From Squalus acanthias (Eukaryota), in the NCBI GenBank assembly GCA_030390025.1, contig CM059432.1, forward strand, positions 102,550,001 through 102,614,000: a stretch of DNA of 64,000 bases, read 5' to 3'. This document shows positions 23,781 to 37,761 of the stretch, piece after piece (position 1 is the stretch's first letter; every line of letters starts with the position of its first letter). The position numbers were made by a program, and so were the translations under genes. The notes beneath the pieces were generated by a model. That model was not told the DNA's origin. It was given only the letters and a program-made list of their open reading frames with translations, and made no database searches.

Positions 23781-25260
23781 CTATGTTCCCGTGCCCATTC
23801 AAAGTGATGCAGACAGCATGCAAAATTAGTGCTGCCTGCTTACTATAATGATTTCAGCGCTGATCTCGGTGCGAAACGCACTGTTGATTTCCTTAGCATT
23901 GAACAGGGGGGCCAATATTGGGTGCAGTCTACTGGCAAATAAGGTCTGGCCTAGGCTTTCTGCACTACTTAAAGTGGAGATGCTTTGTTGCATAAGCACC
24001 TCATTGTCATTGTGGAGAGCCATGGCCGAACAGCCAAGAAAAGGGGCGAGGAGATTTTCAGATGCGGCACTGGAGGCCTTGGTCCTGGGGGTTCAAAAAC
24101 GCTGTCAGCTCCTCTACCCGCAGGAGGGCAGGAGGCCTTCAAGGCAGAGCAGCAGAAGGCTGTGGGAGAAGATCGCTGAAGCCGTCAGTGCAACGAGTGT
24201 TGTCCCCAGGACCTGAATCTAGTGCCGCAAAAAGTTTAATGTCCTCACATGAGTGGTCAAGGTGAGTGAATGCATCATCAAATGCCATATCTGTACCACA
24301 AGCCTCACACACTGCTCAATGCACCACACCCCATCACTCACCTACCAACAATCTCTAGCAATCACCACTCATACCCCACAATCATAGCTTCATTTCACCC
24401 TCACACACTTATTACTATTGCAAGACTCACACCCACATCTCACACCTTGCGCACACTGCCAGCTATTCAACCATGGCAGGCATATCACCCTACATTGCAC
24501 CATACTCACTGACACACTTCCCTTTCTCTTGCAGGGAAAGTCACTCAGAACCACTGGGAGCAGCAGCAGGCAGGTGCTATGGTAGCCCATCTGCACAACC
24601 TGACGGAGCTGGAGGAAGCCATGCTGGAGACCATTGGAGGGGCAGTCACAGTGTCCGTGGTGAGCAGGGAACTTGAAAGCATTACTGATGATGATGATGA
24701 AGCTCATACCTAATCCTTCTTCTCACATCCCATTTCCCCCTCATCCCACAATCTCTTCTCACTTACAAGCTGCTGATGGTGTATGCATGGATATCTTGCT
24801 TTCCCCCCTCCCCTCACCAAAGCCCGACCCTTGTGCATTTCTCCTTTCAGATAACCATGACCAATGTTCCCCCTAATTTTTTTAGGTTGCGCGACCCTTG
24901 TTTCATAGGACAATGCGTGGCCCATTCAAAGTTTCATGCATGAGCGAAATTTCACTTTGGAAAAGCAGGTCGCGGCCTGCCCAGGATTGGCAGACAATTG
25001 AGAGGCTGCGTGACCGCGCAGCTTAAAGGGAACGTTGCCCATGACTGGGAGCAAATGTGCTGACCAGAACCAAGGCCTTCTCCACTTGCAGCACCACTCC
25101 CTGTCACCTCACCAACTTTAAACAACTGTAGAAAGCTCCAAACACTTCCACAAACTTACACAGAGCCAGTTGAAATTAATCAGCATCTAACCTTAGAGTG
25201 ATTGCTGATCCCTTTCAATATCATTGGTGGGGAAGTCCTTGCTGCTACAGAACACTTGTT
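23781..25260 (+). mobile_element. Harbinger derivative with Myb/SANT gene remnant
   Basis: Exon 1 24022-24261 (MAEQPRKGARRFSDAALEALV...LWEKIAEAV...CRKKFN, with stops), donor GTGAGT at 24262, acceptor TTTCTCTTGCAG at 24534. Boundaries approximate. Confidence 0.75.
24862..25037. mobile_element. hAT-type MITE (176 bp)
   Basis: TIR CAATGTTCCC / GGGAACGTTG; 8-bp TSD ACCATGAC / CCCATGAC (7 of 8 match). Confidence 0.8.
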
Positions 25261-25903
25261 CAGCTGTGCGAGATTTTTGTCTGTTCTGAATTTTTAACTT
25301 TTTTTATTTCTAGAAACAGCATGGGAGGGGTAATAACCCATGCTTGCACAAGATATTTTCAAAGGAAATGTCATGATTCAGACATACTGGCTTCAGTAGG
25401 TGTGAAGTGTTAGGGGAAAAACAATATAACTATTGATTTCACAATTTCACATTGCATGAAAAGCATCAGATGGCTTTGCCAAAGAATGGCTATATATTTA
25501 ATATTGATAGAGGAAATACACCCTTTGGTTTCAGTATACCTTCAGATGATGTTGAATGATATATATTGTCTAGTGACTTTATGCTGGTGAGAGGTCCGGT
25601 TCCAGGTGGACAGTCTGCTGCCCACAGTAGATGGTCTTCTTTCAAAGGCAGCTTTTCAGCCAGCAGAAAAGTTCTGTGTTGAAGATGGTGTCGGCCAGCA
25701 ATGAAGGTAGGCCGGTTTGAAACGGCAGCCTGTTTCATAGGACAAGAATTGAGCTTCCATTTTTAGTTTACATACAGACAAAAAATGAGTGGTGTCTTTA
25801 TTATTTCTGCGGGGGTTCACCTGGTTGTCCGACTTTACTTTGGCAGAAGTGCAGTGAAAACTTGAGAAAACCATTGTAAATGGTGTTTACGCTGTTTTTA
25901 TAT

Positions 25904-28690
25904 GAACATACGAATTAGGAGCAGGAGTAGGCCACTCGGCCCTTCCAGCCTGCTCCGCCATTCAATAAGATCATGGCTGATCCGATTACTCCACGTTCTC
26001 GCCTACCCCCGATAACTTTTCACCCCCTTGTTCACCAAGAATCTATCTACCTCTGCCTTAAAAATATTCAAAGACTCTGCTTCTACCGCCCTCTGAGGAA
26101 GAGAGTGCCAAAGACTCACGACCCTCTGTGAGAAAAAATTTCTCCTCATCTCTGTCTTAAATGGGCGACCCCTTATTTTTAAACAGTGTTTCAATCTAGT
26201 TCTAGATTCTCCCACAAGAGGACACATCCTCTCCACATCCACCCTGTCCAGGCCCCTCAGGATCTTATATGTTTCAATCAAGTCACCTCTTACTCTTCTA
26301 AAATCCAGCGGATACAAGCCTAGCCTGTCCAACCTTTCCTCATAAGACAACCCGCCCATTCCAGGTATTAGTCTAGTAAACCTTCTCTGAACTGCTTCCA
26401 ACACATTTACATCCTTCCTTAAATAAGGAGACCAATACTGTACACAGTACTCCAGATGTGGTCTCACCAGTGCCCTGTATAACTGAAGCATAACCTCCCT
26501 ACTTTTGTATTCAATTCCCCTCGCAATAAACGATAACATTCTATTAGATTTCCTAATTACTTACTGTACCTGCATAGTAACCTTTTGCGATTCATGCACT
26601 AGGACACCCAGATCCCTCTGCATCTCAGAGCTCTGCAATCTCTCACCATTGAGGTAATATGCTTCCTTTTTATTCTTCCTGCCAAAATGGACAACTTCAC
26701 ATTTTTCCACATTATACACCATTTGCCAGATCTTTGCCCACTCACTTAACCTATCTATATCCCTTTGAAGCCTCCTTATGTCCTCTTCACAATTTACTTT
26801 CCTACCTATCTTTGTGTCATCAGCAAATTTTGCAACCATACCTTCGGTCCCTTCATCCAAGTCATTTATATAAATTGTTAAAAGTTGAGGCCCCAGCACT
26901 GATCCCTGTGGCACACCACTCGTTACATCTTGCCATTTAGAAAATGACCCATTTATGCCTACTCTCTCGTAAGGGGTTCGCGTGGCTCTGTGCTTAGCCT
27001 GGGTGCTAGTGCGGGGTTAGGCCGTGTTGCCTGTTCTGGTCTCCAGCCAGCCTGGTGACACTAGACACTTGTGAGTGGTCGACCCACTCGCCCTTACGGT
27101 TCTGACACTGGACTTAGGTGCGAGAGCAATAATGCAGAGAAAACTCAGGTAGACCCGGTTGAATAGTGCAAAATGGAAAATCTTTATTGCATGTTATTCA
27201 AGATTACGTAATACATGTCATAAGCACAGATTAATGACAGTACAAACTTACATACATTTATGCAACTAGGTTTAGGGAAACGAGGAGCGCACGACACATC
27301 GTAAAAGGGGACACACATTATAATTATCCTTAAAACATAAACCCTCCCCTATCAATACCTGTCCTAATCTAGATCTGTAGGATCGAGACTCATGCTCACC
27401 ACTCGTGAAAACTCGGAGAATTCCGAAACTCTGCCCGGATGTTTTCACCACAGCACCTGACTATCCACGTGTTGATCAGGGGTCTCTGTACCCCACTTGT
27501 TTACTCGCTTTGCTCCGGCTAGCAGGCTGGACCGTCTGCTGTCATGAAGATCTGTGTTGACCTCGGAACTCTGATAAAACTCAAAGAAGAGTCTTCCTGT
27601 GCTCGACACCAGTTAGCTGGTAAAATTCAAAGAAGAGTCTTTCTGGACCGACACCAGTTGTCGGTAGAACTCGAAGAAAAGTCTTCCAGGGCCAGTTGTG
27701 GAGTAGCCGATAGAATTCGAAGAAGTGGTTAGTCGATTTTCGGGCGCGGTCGGGGTTTACTGACCGTGGCGGCACGTGTAGTCGTCTTCTTCTCTTCTCA
27801 TCTCATCTCATCTCATCTCCTCTCGGGCCTTCGGTTCCAACACCGTTTACCGACTTCTCGGGATGGTGCACCCGCTTACCGGCCTTCACAGACCAGCTCT
27901 CCACAGATCTTCGCGGCAAGCCACGAGGTTGACTCCCGGAAAATCAGCGGCTCAGAGAATAAGAGTCAAGAGTTCCCTAGCGAGTCAAAGGAAAAAGAGA
28001 AAGTTGGACGTTTGGACACTACAGTTATAGTACTGTAATTCCTTATCTCCCGCCCAATCTTAATGTCCATCTTTTGTCAATTTTTGGCGCTCAAACTTCT
28101 TGTATGGGGTGGTACTTGTCGTTAATGGGTTTCGGTGATACTTGTAACTGTCTGAGTACCCGTTAATATTTCTCCCCTTGTGGAACCGGCTAGGAGTCTC
28201 CCTGGAGGGGTTTTGGGGGCCTCCGAATTCTTGCTGTGAGTACCCGCGAACGGCTCTCTCATCGTAGAGCCATGGGGAATTTGCGTATCAATGTCTTTTG
28301 GATGGGCCCCTTGATTGCCCAGTACAATTTGTGCATGGAAAAACCAGATTCCAGCACTTATATTCCTGGCTTGGGTGTTAAAATGCAAAACGATCTCGTC
28401 TTGTCTTATCTCAATATGCTGAGTCCTGTCCGATCTTGCTGAAATGTTTATTGAAACGCCATCTTGTCTGCCTGCTGAAAGTCTAGAACCTTCTGCCACG
28501 AGGCGTGGTGGCCATTTTACAGGCTGCTTGTGTCCGTTTTGAAACCTGACAGCATTTTGCTGAAATAAAGCTGTGTTTACGAAACTGTATGTCTCTTTCT
28601 CATTATTTTTAAATCGCGATAATTTGCGAATTCTACACTCTGTTTCCTGATAGCTAGCCAATCTTCTATCCATGCCAATATGTTACCCCC
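25904..28690 (-). mobile_element. 5'-truncated CR1 interrupted by a family A LTR
   Basis: [12 protein letters not shown] (26561-26914), LYRALVRPHLEY (26003-26539) and tail at 25904. CR1 continues after 28637. Confidence 0.92.
26968..28637 (-). mobile_element. Solo LTR, family A (1670 bp)
   Basis: (C/T)GTAAGGGG...GAATTCTACA termini, 4-bp TSD CTCT, homologous to 58731-60351. Strand inferred from TATA and AATAAA positions. Confidence 0.9.
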
Positions 28691-29163
28691 TGGGTTTTTG
28701 TAGCACTTCTTCTTTATACATTAAAAAACTTGTTAAATAAGGTAAGTTTATTTTTTAGCCCCTTTAAAACAAGTAAATTTATTTTTCAAAAAATTAAATT
28801 TTTGTTTTAAATATTTAATTAAATGCTATTTTAATTCATTTTAAATATGTGATTTTTAAAATTATTTATTTGATGTCTAGGTGTCTTTTTGGGGGTATTC
28901 CCATTCATGCTTATGGGGTTTCTGTACATACAGAATACCCATAAACATGAATGGGGATTCCCTTCTGTCACTCGTTGGTCCGGCACACATGATCCCAGGG
29001 GCGCTCATGAATCGCCTGCACCCTGGGATACGTGGGTCTCTTCTGGCTGGTACTCGGAGAGCTCCAGGGCCGCGAGTCTCCATGGAGGCCCCATACACAG
29101 GCATTTTATTTGCGGATCGGAGGCATTTCCCCATGGGAAGCCTCTGACCCCAAATTCAGGGCC
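28691..29163. mobile_element. Half of an AT-core Harbinger-type MITE
   Basis: AT-rich core plus an arm related to 18198-18922 and 57407-58148. Ends ...AAATTCAGGGCC. Confidence 0.65.
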
Positions 29164-29169
29164 ACTGTT

Positions 29170-32100
29170 CTGTGACATTTTAGTTATTCACTTATCGACT
29201 GGGACAGAAACAGAGTAAATAGCGTAAAGGGAATAGAATTCTTAAAATGTGCAAGGGCTCCTTCCTCAAGCAGTATGTTAGTAGGCATGCAAGGGTTCTG
29301 GTTATGATTAATGAAATAGATGAGTGGGATGAGCTAAATGTGAGTGAGAGAGTTGGGAATAGTGACCACAATATGATACGGTTTAAGATCCAACTAGAGC
29401 GGGAAAAAGTCAGTGCAAAAACTGCAGCACCTGTTTGTAGTTATGGCAGACTTTAAAAGATGAGGAACAAACTAGCCGAGGTGAAGTGGAAGCAGAAATT
29501 GCCACACAGGAAAGTAGAGCAACAGTGGGATGTTTTCAAAGAAGAGATTGCAATTGGACCAAATAAGTACATACAAGTGGAACTCACTGCCAAATGGAAT
29601 AGTTGAGGTGAATAGCATAGATGCATTTAAGGGGAAGCTTGATAAGTACATCAAGAAGAAAGGAATAGAAGAATACAATGATAGGGTGAGGTTTAGTAAT
29701 GTGGGAGGAGGCTCGTGTGGAGCATAAGCACCGGCATAGACCTGTTGGGCCGAATAGCCTGTTTCTGTGCTGTAAATTCTATGTAATACCATTAAAAAAG
29801 AAGGAAGCTACTAGTAGTTTCAGGATACCTTGGATAAATAAAGAGTCTAGAAACAAATTAAATTTGAAGAGAAGTCCCATAAGGACGATAAGAATAATGA
29901 TAACTAGAAAACTAAAGGAGAATATGAGAAAATTACAAAAGAGGTTAAGAATAGGATAAGGAAAACTAAGAGCGAGTATGAGGAAAAAATTAAAAAAACA
30001 ACAAAAGGAACTGTAAAAGTATTTTACGGTAAAAAGAGGATTGTTAAAAGCAAGTTTGGAGCCGCTGAGAGGAGAGAATTGTTAACTTGTAGATTGTGAT
30101 CAAAAATGGCAAAAGTACTTCGCATTAGTCTTTACAAAAGAGATGGATATCGGAGCGGAGGTGAATCGTGAATTGGTCAAGGGCAACAAAAGCAATGTTA
30201 TGATAGATAAAATAAAAATATTAGATAAGTTAGTTAAGCTAAAGACAAAGTACCAGGACCTGACGGGGACGGAATACATTCCAGGATCCTGAGGGAGATG
30301 AGGGAAACATTACTGAGGCCCTATAAATTATATTTCAGGGCTTTATTGAGTGTGGATTGTGCCGAAGAAGCAGAGAGTGATCAATCAAGTACCTGCTTTT
30401 AAATCGGGAATCAGAGCTAATCCAGGTAAATACAGGTAGTTAGTTTAACATCCGTGGAAGGGAAAGTTTTCAAGTCCTTAATTAAGAATGGATACCACGT
30501 ATCCAGATAAAAAGAAAATCGAAGTAGCCAGCACAGATTTCTAAAGGGATGCTTATGCTTGACAAACCTCACAGAATTATTTGAGAAGATTTCAGACTGA
30601 AGGGATAATTACAAGTCCGAGCCCTTTTCGGGCTACCCCAGATCAGGCGCATTCCCCAGACGTTCACCTTCAACTAAAGTTAGAGATAGCCGAATCCTAT
30701 AAGATGCTTAATTTGGTCTAAAGGTCAGACTATCTCTCCCTAAAGGAAAGAAATGACCTGAAGATGTTACCGTCCTCCGGATAGCACTTTTAACAAGTTT
30801 AACTAGACTGTAACCTTCCAGATATTATGAGGGTCCAGAAAAACCCTCAGAATTCTGCAACTCCTCTCAAAAGAGTGTACAGAAATTGAGTTTGCGAGAT
30901 TGATACAGAAATACTCTGTGAGACAATTTTAAATATATATAGATCTATGAAAGAACCAACATTCAGCTAACAGCTGTTGATTCAGTCGTGACTTTAACAG
31001 TTCAAAATACAAATAGCTTACATTTCTTATCAGAGATCCTTATTCTCAAATCTTAACTTCGTTACATTTCCACACTTCTACTTATTTCTTAATCCAGAAT
31101 ATCCACCAAAATCAAATACCTTGATTACCCGAGACTCAAAGAGTTGTAGACCTACAGAGTGGTTCTGAAGGCGAGAATCGCTTGCCTTTCCAGCGACTTC
31201 TGTTTTCTCATTTGAAAAGCTCTATTTTTATACCATTTTTTAGTGGTTTATCCTTTGAAGTTTTCTGCTGATGTAAGCTAATTATCTCTAGCCATACCTC
31301 TGTTGACTTCTTTCTATTCTTACAGTTAATTCAGCTGTTAGTTTTCAGAATTCTGTCTCCTGTATAGGTGTTTCAAAAACTTATCATAAAAAATAATGTA
31401 ACAGCAGTATCTATTTGATGCCATTCTTTCGAAGGTCTTCAATTCAATTCTTAATATTGGCTTAACTGCTTGTATTTCAGACTTCTTTTCTCCTTGTGTT
31501 ACAAGTTCAACACATAAACAATGTGATTGCTTGGTACATCTATTGATGTAATATTTACAAAGTCGCCTGTAGGTATCTTTTACAACATGTAAATTAAAAA
31601 CACTTCATCTTGGGTGTTATTTGCATTTCTTAGCATCTTAGTTGGTTATATATATAATCGTGTTTCCTGTTTCATTTGATGTTACTTTTACAAAGGCACA
31701 TGGTTTTGTAATGTTCTGTGTTTCTTGTTCGAAGTGTTAGATTTTAACACTTTACTTGGGCATTGCTATTGTGTTGGTTCCAAACTACAGACTCCTTGGA
31801 ACCAACTCTTTGCTTCTTCAATAGGCCATTGTGTCAGTGTCAATAACCAATACCCATTTCAAAAGCTTGTATGGTGTTTACAACTTTTGGGTTAACAACT
31901 GATCTTATCTCAGAAGCCTGTGTTCTGTTTGCAGCCTGTGTCATTGAGGCTTTTAGATTTTTAACCCCAGTTTATCTTGTTTTAATAAAATCAGAATTCT
32001 GTTCATAGGATGGTGTATTTTTCTGAATAGGTTTGGCTCATTTGTTTACAAGACATGGTAAGTGAGGAAACTCAGCAAAGGCAATGTACATGGACTTTAG

Positions 32101-32350
32101 GAAAGCCTTTGACAAGGTACCACATGGAAGATTACTCAAGAAGATTAAGGAGTATGGAATTAGCTGGAGGATAGAAAACTGGATTCAAAATTGGCTAGAT
32201 TCACCAGAATGATACCAGGGCTTAGAGGGTTAAATTATGAAGATATGTTGCATAAACTTGGCTTGTATTCCCTAAGTTTAGAAAGTTGAGGAGTGATCGA
32301 ATTGAGGTACTTACAAAGATACAGGAAGTCAATAGGTTAGTTACAGAAAA
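29170..32350 (+). mobile_element. Old degenerate CR1 ORF2, interrupted by a CR1-type tail (about 29575-29790) and a solo LTR
   Basis: GNSDHNMIRF, PWINKE, CLTNL.E.FE | MDFRKAFDKVPH remnants. Confidence 0.75.
30598..32050 (-). mobile_element. Solo LTR, family C (1453 bp)
   Basis: TG...CA termini and 4-bp TSD AGAC (30594-30597, 32051-32054) inside a CR1 RT motif. Related to 35908-37761. Confidence 0.8.
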
Positions 32351-32564
32351 AACTATGGGGCCTAAATTCCTTAGTGCTCCAAACTGAGAGCCATCTAAAA
32401 GGAACACTAGGACATGTATCAGAAGACACAAGTTATGCCCTGTGACCAAAGGAGAAGCATGTAGGAAAAAAACATTAGTGACACATACGTAGGAAAAGAA
32501 ACTGATTGTACTTTATATGAACTTTGTCCAGAGAGTTGAATTCAAATGGGGCAGTGTAAGGTAA

Positions 32565-33585
32565 CAGCCCCAGGGCATCGCTGCAGGAGTTCCTCAGGGC
32601 AGTGTCCTAGGCCCAACCATCCTCAGCTGCTTCATCAATGACCTTCCCTCCAACGTAAGGTCAGAAATGGGGATGTTCGCTGATGATTGCACAATGTTCA
32701 GTGTCATTCACAACTCCTCAGATAATGAAGCAGTCCATGCCCACATGCAACAAGGCCTGGACGATGTTCAGGCATGGGCTGATAAGTGGCAGGTAACATT
32801 TGCACCACAGAAGTGCCAGGCAATGTCTATCTCCAACAAGCAAGAGTCTAACCACCACCCTTTGACATTCAATGGCATTACCATCACCGAATCCCCCACC
32901 ATCAAATTCCTGGGGGTCACCATTGACCAGAAACTTAACTGGACCAGCCACATAAATACTGTGGCAACATGAGCAGGTCAGAGGCTAGGTATTCTGCGGC
33001 GAGTGTCTCACCTCCTGACTCCCCAAAACCTTTCCACCACCTACAAGGCACAAGTAAGGAGTGTGATGGAATACTCTCCACTTGCCTGGTTGAGTGCAGC
33101 TCCAACAACACTCAAGAAGCTCATCACCATCCAGGACAAAGCAGCCCACTTGATTGGCACCCCATCCACCACCTTAAACATTCACTCCCTCCACCACCGG
33201 CGTACAGTGGCTGCAGTGTGTACCATCTACAAGATGCAATGCAGCAACTTGCCAAGGCTTCTTCGGCAGCACCTCCCAAACCTGCAACCTCTTCCACCTA
33301 GAAGGACAAGGGCAGCAGGCGCATGGAAACACCACCACCTCCAATTTCCCCTCCAAGTCACACACCATCCTGACTTAGAAGTATATTGCCGATCCTACAT
33401 CATCGCTGGGTCAAAATCCTGGAACTCCCTCCCCAACAGCACTGTGTGAGTACCTTCACCACATGGACTGCAGTGGTTCAAGAAGGCGGCTCACCATCAC
33501 CTTCTCAAGGGCAATTAGGGATGGGCAATAAATGCTGGCTTTGCCAGCGATGCCCACATCCCATAAACAAATTAAAAAAATTAAA
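32565..33585 (+). mobile_element. 3' kilobase of LINE family B
   Basis: [33 protein letters not shown], hairpin tail and A-run. Confidence 0.92.
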
Positions 33586-34020
33586 GAATGGGCATCTATA
33601 GTAGCTAAGAGCAGAGGATAACGTTGGTGATAATGCCCCAAAAATTGGGGTTGGCGGCATAGCTACGAAGTACGCCACCGACCTACGAAAAGAATACAAA
33701 CTTACCTGGTGCGAGGCCCAGAATGGAGACTTGCTCTTCGGCGCTGCAAAGTTCTGCACAGCGTCTGGCATCAGGGAGGCCAGGAGCGCAACGTACAGCC
33801 TATGTGTAAGGGAAGATACGCCCACAAAAGCTGTCAAAACTAAGCCACACCCACAGAAACTTCTCTCAGTCTCTTCCATTGAAATTACATTTTAAAAACA
33901 TTTTAAAACTTTTAAAAACTTTTTAAAAATTCTAAAACTTTTAAAAACTTTTAATTAAACTGATACTTGGACTTATTTCATATATCAGCATTTTGCTTTA
34001 TTTTTTCATCCAAACTCATA

Positions 34021-34921
34021 GGGGGGAAAATTCAGTCGCGCCCCGTTTGGGGCGCAAATATCGGCCGGGCGCAAAGATTAGCGCCTGGCGCTAATTATCG
34101 CCACCGACTGCAAACTTGACTTTTATCGCCCCTGGAGGTGATTGCAGCGCTAAATCAGGCGCTTCACACCTGTCTTAAGGCGCAAAGGCCGAGGAGCGAG
34201 GCGCTACCTCAGAGCGCTGGCGAAGCTCATGTAATGTCAGTCAGCAATGGAACACACACACAATGGCACGGGCCAGTTCTTAAAGGGGCTGGTTAATCTT
34301 GCTTTCCATCCACATCCTGCTCATTGCAGCCTTGAATCTCGGCCTGGAGAGACCTGCACATCAAATGTGCTGGAAAGAACAATGGAGAGTGCCAGGCAAA
34401 GAGCTCAGAGTGCAGCCCCCACAGTCTCTGCTAAATCGATACAAGGAATGGCAAATCAAAATGAACCTGCAAAGTGCTGCTCAGTACCCAAAACTCCTTC
34501 ACACAACGTTGAATCTCTCCAGAAGTCTCTCTCTCTCTCTCTCTCTCTCTCAGAATGCGTAGTTCAAAAATGGAACCAACAATAAAAGGCAGGAAGCGGT
34601 CACCTTTAAATAGCGCTCCCCCTTTCCCTTCATGAGTGCAGAACGCTCCCCTCAACCTGTCATTGCTAGCGTCAGGCGGTAAGGCAGGGGGCGCCACTCA
34701 ATATCCGCTCCGGGGCGATACTGGGGCGTTGCGCACTCGAGTGACGTCATGATCTGCCGGCGCAGGAGATCGCGGCGATAAAGTTTAGCGCCGCCGCAAA
34801 ATGTCTAGTTAAGTTCGCGAGCGCCGCAAACATCGCTGCGCCCGGGCGCTAGCTGCTTTGCGCCCCATTAGCGCCCTCTTAAGGCGCTAACGGGAGGCGC
34901 AACCAACTGAATTTTTCCCCC
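34021..34921. mobile_element. Harbinger-type MITE, second copy of 3233-4088
   Basis: Same TIRs and colinear interior, with a longer (CT)n tract at about 34526-34551. Confidence 0.85.
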
Positions 34922-35907
34922 AATATCTCCTCGTTACACACTGTTGAAACTAAACTAAAAGTTATCCTTGAAATCTTGAATTGAGTTCTACTTAAAAGTC
35001 TGTACAAATTCAAACATTCTGAGGGCACGCATTGCACTGTGAGAAGTGTGTTTTGACTTTAGGAGATGTTTTTATCCAGGCTATTTGAACACGGGTGCTC
35101 CCTGATATAACTATGTTCTTAGTAATACAATGCTACAAATATTTACTTGTGTGCTTGTGTACATCTCTCTCACATACACATATAAAAAGCACCAATTATA
35201 TTGACTGTCAAGCTAGAAAAATTGAAACCTTTTTATTCTAGTTTGACCTGTTTCCTGGTTTTGAAGATTGGGTGTCAGTACAGTACCGTGTCTCACTATA
35301 TATACTTTAAATTGAAAGGCACGGCCACTTCAACCCTATTTGACCAAAAAAAAAGTTTCCTGCACCAAAATACAGATCTTCTTTTAAGATTTGAAACAGG
35401 GTGCTGCGCCTGCTTTCACTAACCATAAAATTTTCAGACGTAATTGCTGGGCAGTTGGAACTCTGCATCAGCAATTGTGATTTCTAACACCATGCAGATC
35501 ATCTGTCAAGCCGTACCTTGACAGTTTGCAAGTTTGAGATTTAACGCATGCGCAAGTGCATGCGGAAATCCCAAACTTGCGGTATATTTCAAAGGCGGTA
35601 TGACGGCATACTCTCAGAGTATGCCGTCATACCCACCGCAAAATCCGGGCCAATGTATTGGCACTGCATTATGCATATTTGAACATTTGTTTGTCCATTG
35701 GGTAAATCAGGCACTTAGCGAATGCATAAATTGTTTAGAGGTTGAGAGATATCTCTTCCTGGTTTGGAAAGGGTGCCAATAAGGTTATTTTCTGGTACAT
35801 TCTCAATATGCTTATCTGCCATTGCTTATAGTAGAACATCCTTGTCTCCTTGTTCCATGATAAAGCCTCTGTGTGAGAAAGCTGTGCAACATCCAGCAGG
35901 CAATTAC

Positions 35908-37761
35908 TGAAAGAATATTTACTAGTCCTAGCCTCTTTGGGGCTATCACGGATCAGGCGTATTTCTCAGATGTTCACTTTCAACTAAAGGTTGAGGTAGC
36001 CGAATCCTAAAGACGCTTAACTGAGTCTAAAGATCTGGGCTATCTTTCCCTAAAGGATAGGAACAACCCGAGAATGTTACCGTCCTCCAGATAGCGCTTT
36101 TAATAAGTTTAGCTAGACTGTAACGTCTCGGATATTATGAGGGTCCGGAGATCTCCCCTCAGAAAAATGTACCTCTTCACCAAAGAGTGTACAGAGATTG
36201 AGTTTGCGAGTTATTGATACAGAAGACTTATGTGAAACAATTCTAAAAATATAATGGGATTTATTAAAAGAACCGACATGAAATTTACAGTTGGTGAATC
36301 AGTCAATCGCAACATTAACAGTTCTAAAAAGAGAAAAAATACGATCTTTTTAACAGAGAATCTTACTTTTAAATCTTAACTTCGCTACAGTATTACAGGC
36401 TCTGCAATTCGCCTCTCTGGCTTGCCGCGGGGGTAAGGATCATGCGCGCACTTACCTACCGCGCCTGCCGTTGACCTCTGGGCCCACGGGAACTTCAGCT
36501 CCTGGGCCTGCTCCAAGTGCCGGCGCACAGTGCTTGCATGTCCCAGGGGCGTAGTTAGTGCAATGCGTCCCCTGGGATCATGTGGGCCATGGAGAGCCAA
36601 TGGCAGCAGACCATCTTTCATTCATAGATTTGACAGGAAGACCTGTCAAATCTATGAATTGAAATCGGCCCCAAAAGAACAGCTAAACTTCAAATAATTT
36701 TTTTTAAAAACCATCACATTTATAAAATAACTATAAGTTAAATAAATTAACTACTTTAAACAAAAATTTTAATTTTTGAAAAAATTAAAAAACTTTTTAA
36801 CAGTGCTAAAAATAAACTTACCTTTCTTTAAAGTATCTAAAAAAGATAAACCTGTTGAAAAAATGTTAAAATTATAATTAATTAACCACTTATCTTGTTG
36901 AAAACGGGTCCTGCGTCTCCTTTTTGAAAACGTAGGTTCTTCAATACTTACCCTCCCGCAGAAACCTGAAAAAAAACCTAAGTTTGCTTCGTGCGCGCAG
37001 CCTCTACCGCACACGCGGTTCACCTATGAACCGCCCCCTTCACCAGACCGGAAGTTCCGGTTTCCCACGCATGCGCAGTGCATGCAGGAAACCGACACTT
37101 CAGGACGCCTTACGGGTGAGTATACAGTGCGTACTCACCCGGGAAGGGCCGAATTTTTGTCCCACAGTTCTTAAAGTTTTCTATGCAGGATATCCATCAA
37201 TATCAAAATACCTTTGATCCCCGAGGTACAAAGAGTGTAAGACCATAGAGCCGCCTTTGTAGTCGAGAATCGCCTTGCCCAATTAAAGCGACTCTGATAT
37301 CCCATTTGAGACTTCAATATTTATACCCTTTTTCAGTTGTATTTCCTTTAAGGTTTCTGCTGATGCAAGTTAATTATCACTATTCATCTTTCTGCTGACC
37401 TCTGCAATTCTTTACTGCCACATCAGATTGTAATATTCCAGAATCTGCCACATCTCCAGGTGTTCTGCGTTCACCATATAAAAAGGTGTGAAAGGCAGGT
37501 GTCCCTTATTTTATGTGTCATCTTTACAAGGGCAGATGTTCCTTATCTTATGTGCCATCTTTACGAAGTTTAATTTATGTCACATAGCCAGGGTTGACCA
37601 TTGTGTTGTTCCCAAAAGGTCAGCTACTCAGAGCTATCCCATTCTTCTGTTTCAATAAGGTTATTTATTCAGGGTCAACAACTTGTCCTGTTTCAACAAG
37701 GACAGAATTCTTTCATAAGATAATGTATTTTTCTAAAAAGGCTATAGTATATTCCTTCACA
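35908..37761 (-). mobile_element. Solo LTR, family C-related, with a nested MITE
   Basis: Homologous to 30598-32050 at both ends. TG...CA termini; flanks TTAC / CTAC (imperfect 4-bp TSD). Confidence 0.72.
36398..37163. mobile_element. AT-core Harbinger-type MITE
   Basis: 3-bp TSD ACA; near-identical to 45554-46316. Confidence 0.88.

Noticed and set aside
27575..27727. CRISPR-like repeat-spacer array
   Set aside because: Degenerate tandem units with related 'spacers', inside a eukaryotic LTR, with no cas genes.
28122..28673. 183-aa ORF in LTR family A as an accessory gene
   Set aside because: Begins outside the LTR and is not kept open in the copies at 58731-60351 or 1-809.
33890..33960. 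TTTTAAAAAC-type short tandem repeat
   Set aside because: Low-complexity AT tract with no further structure.
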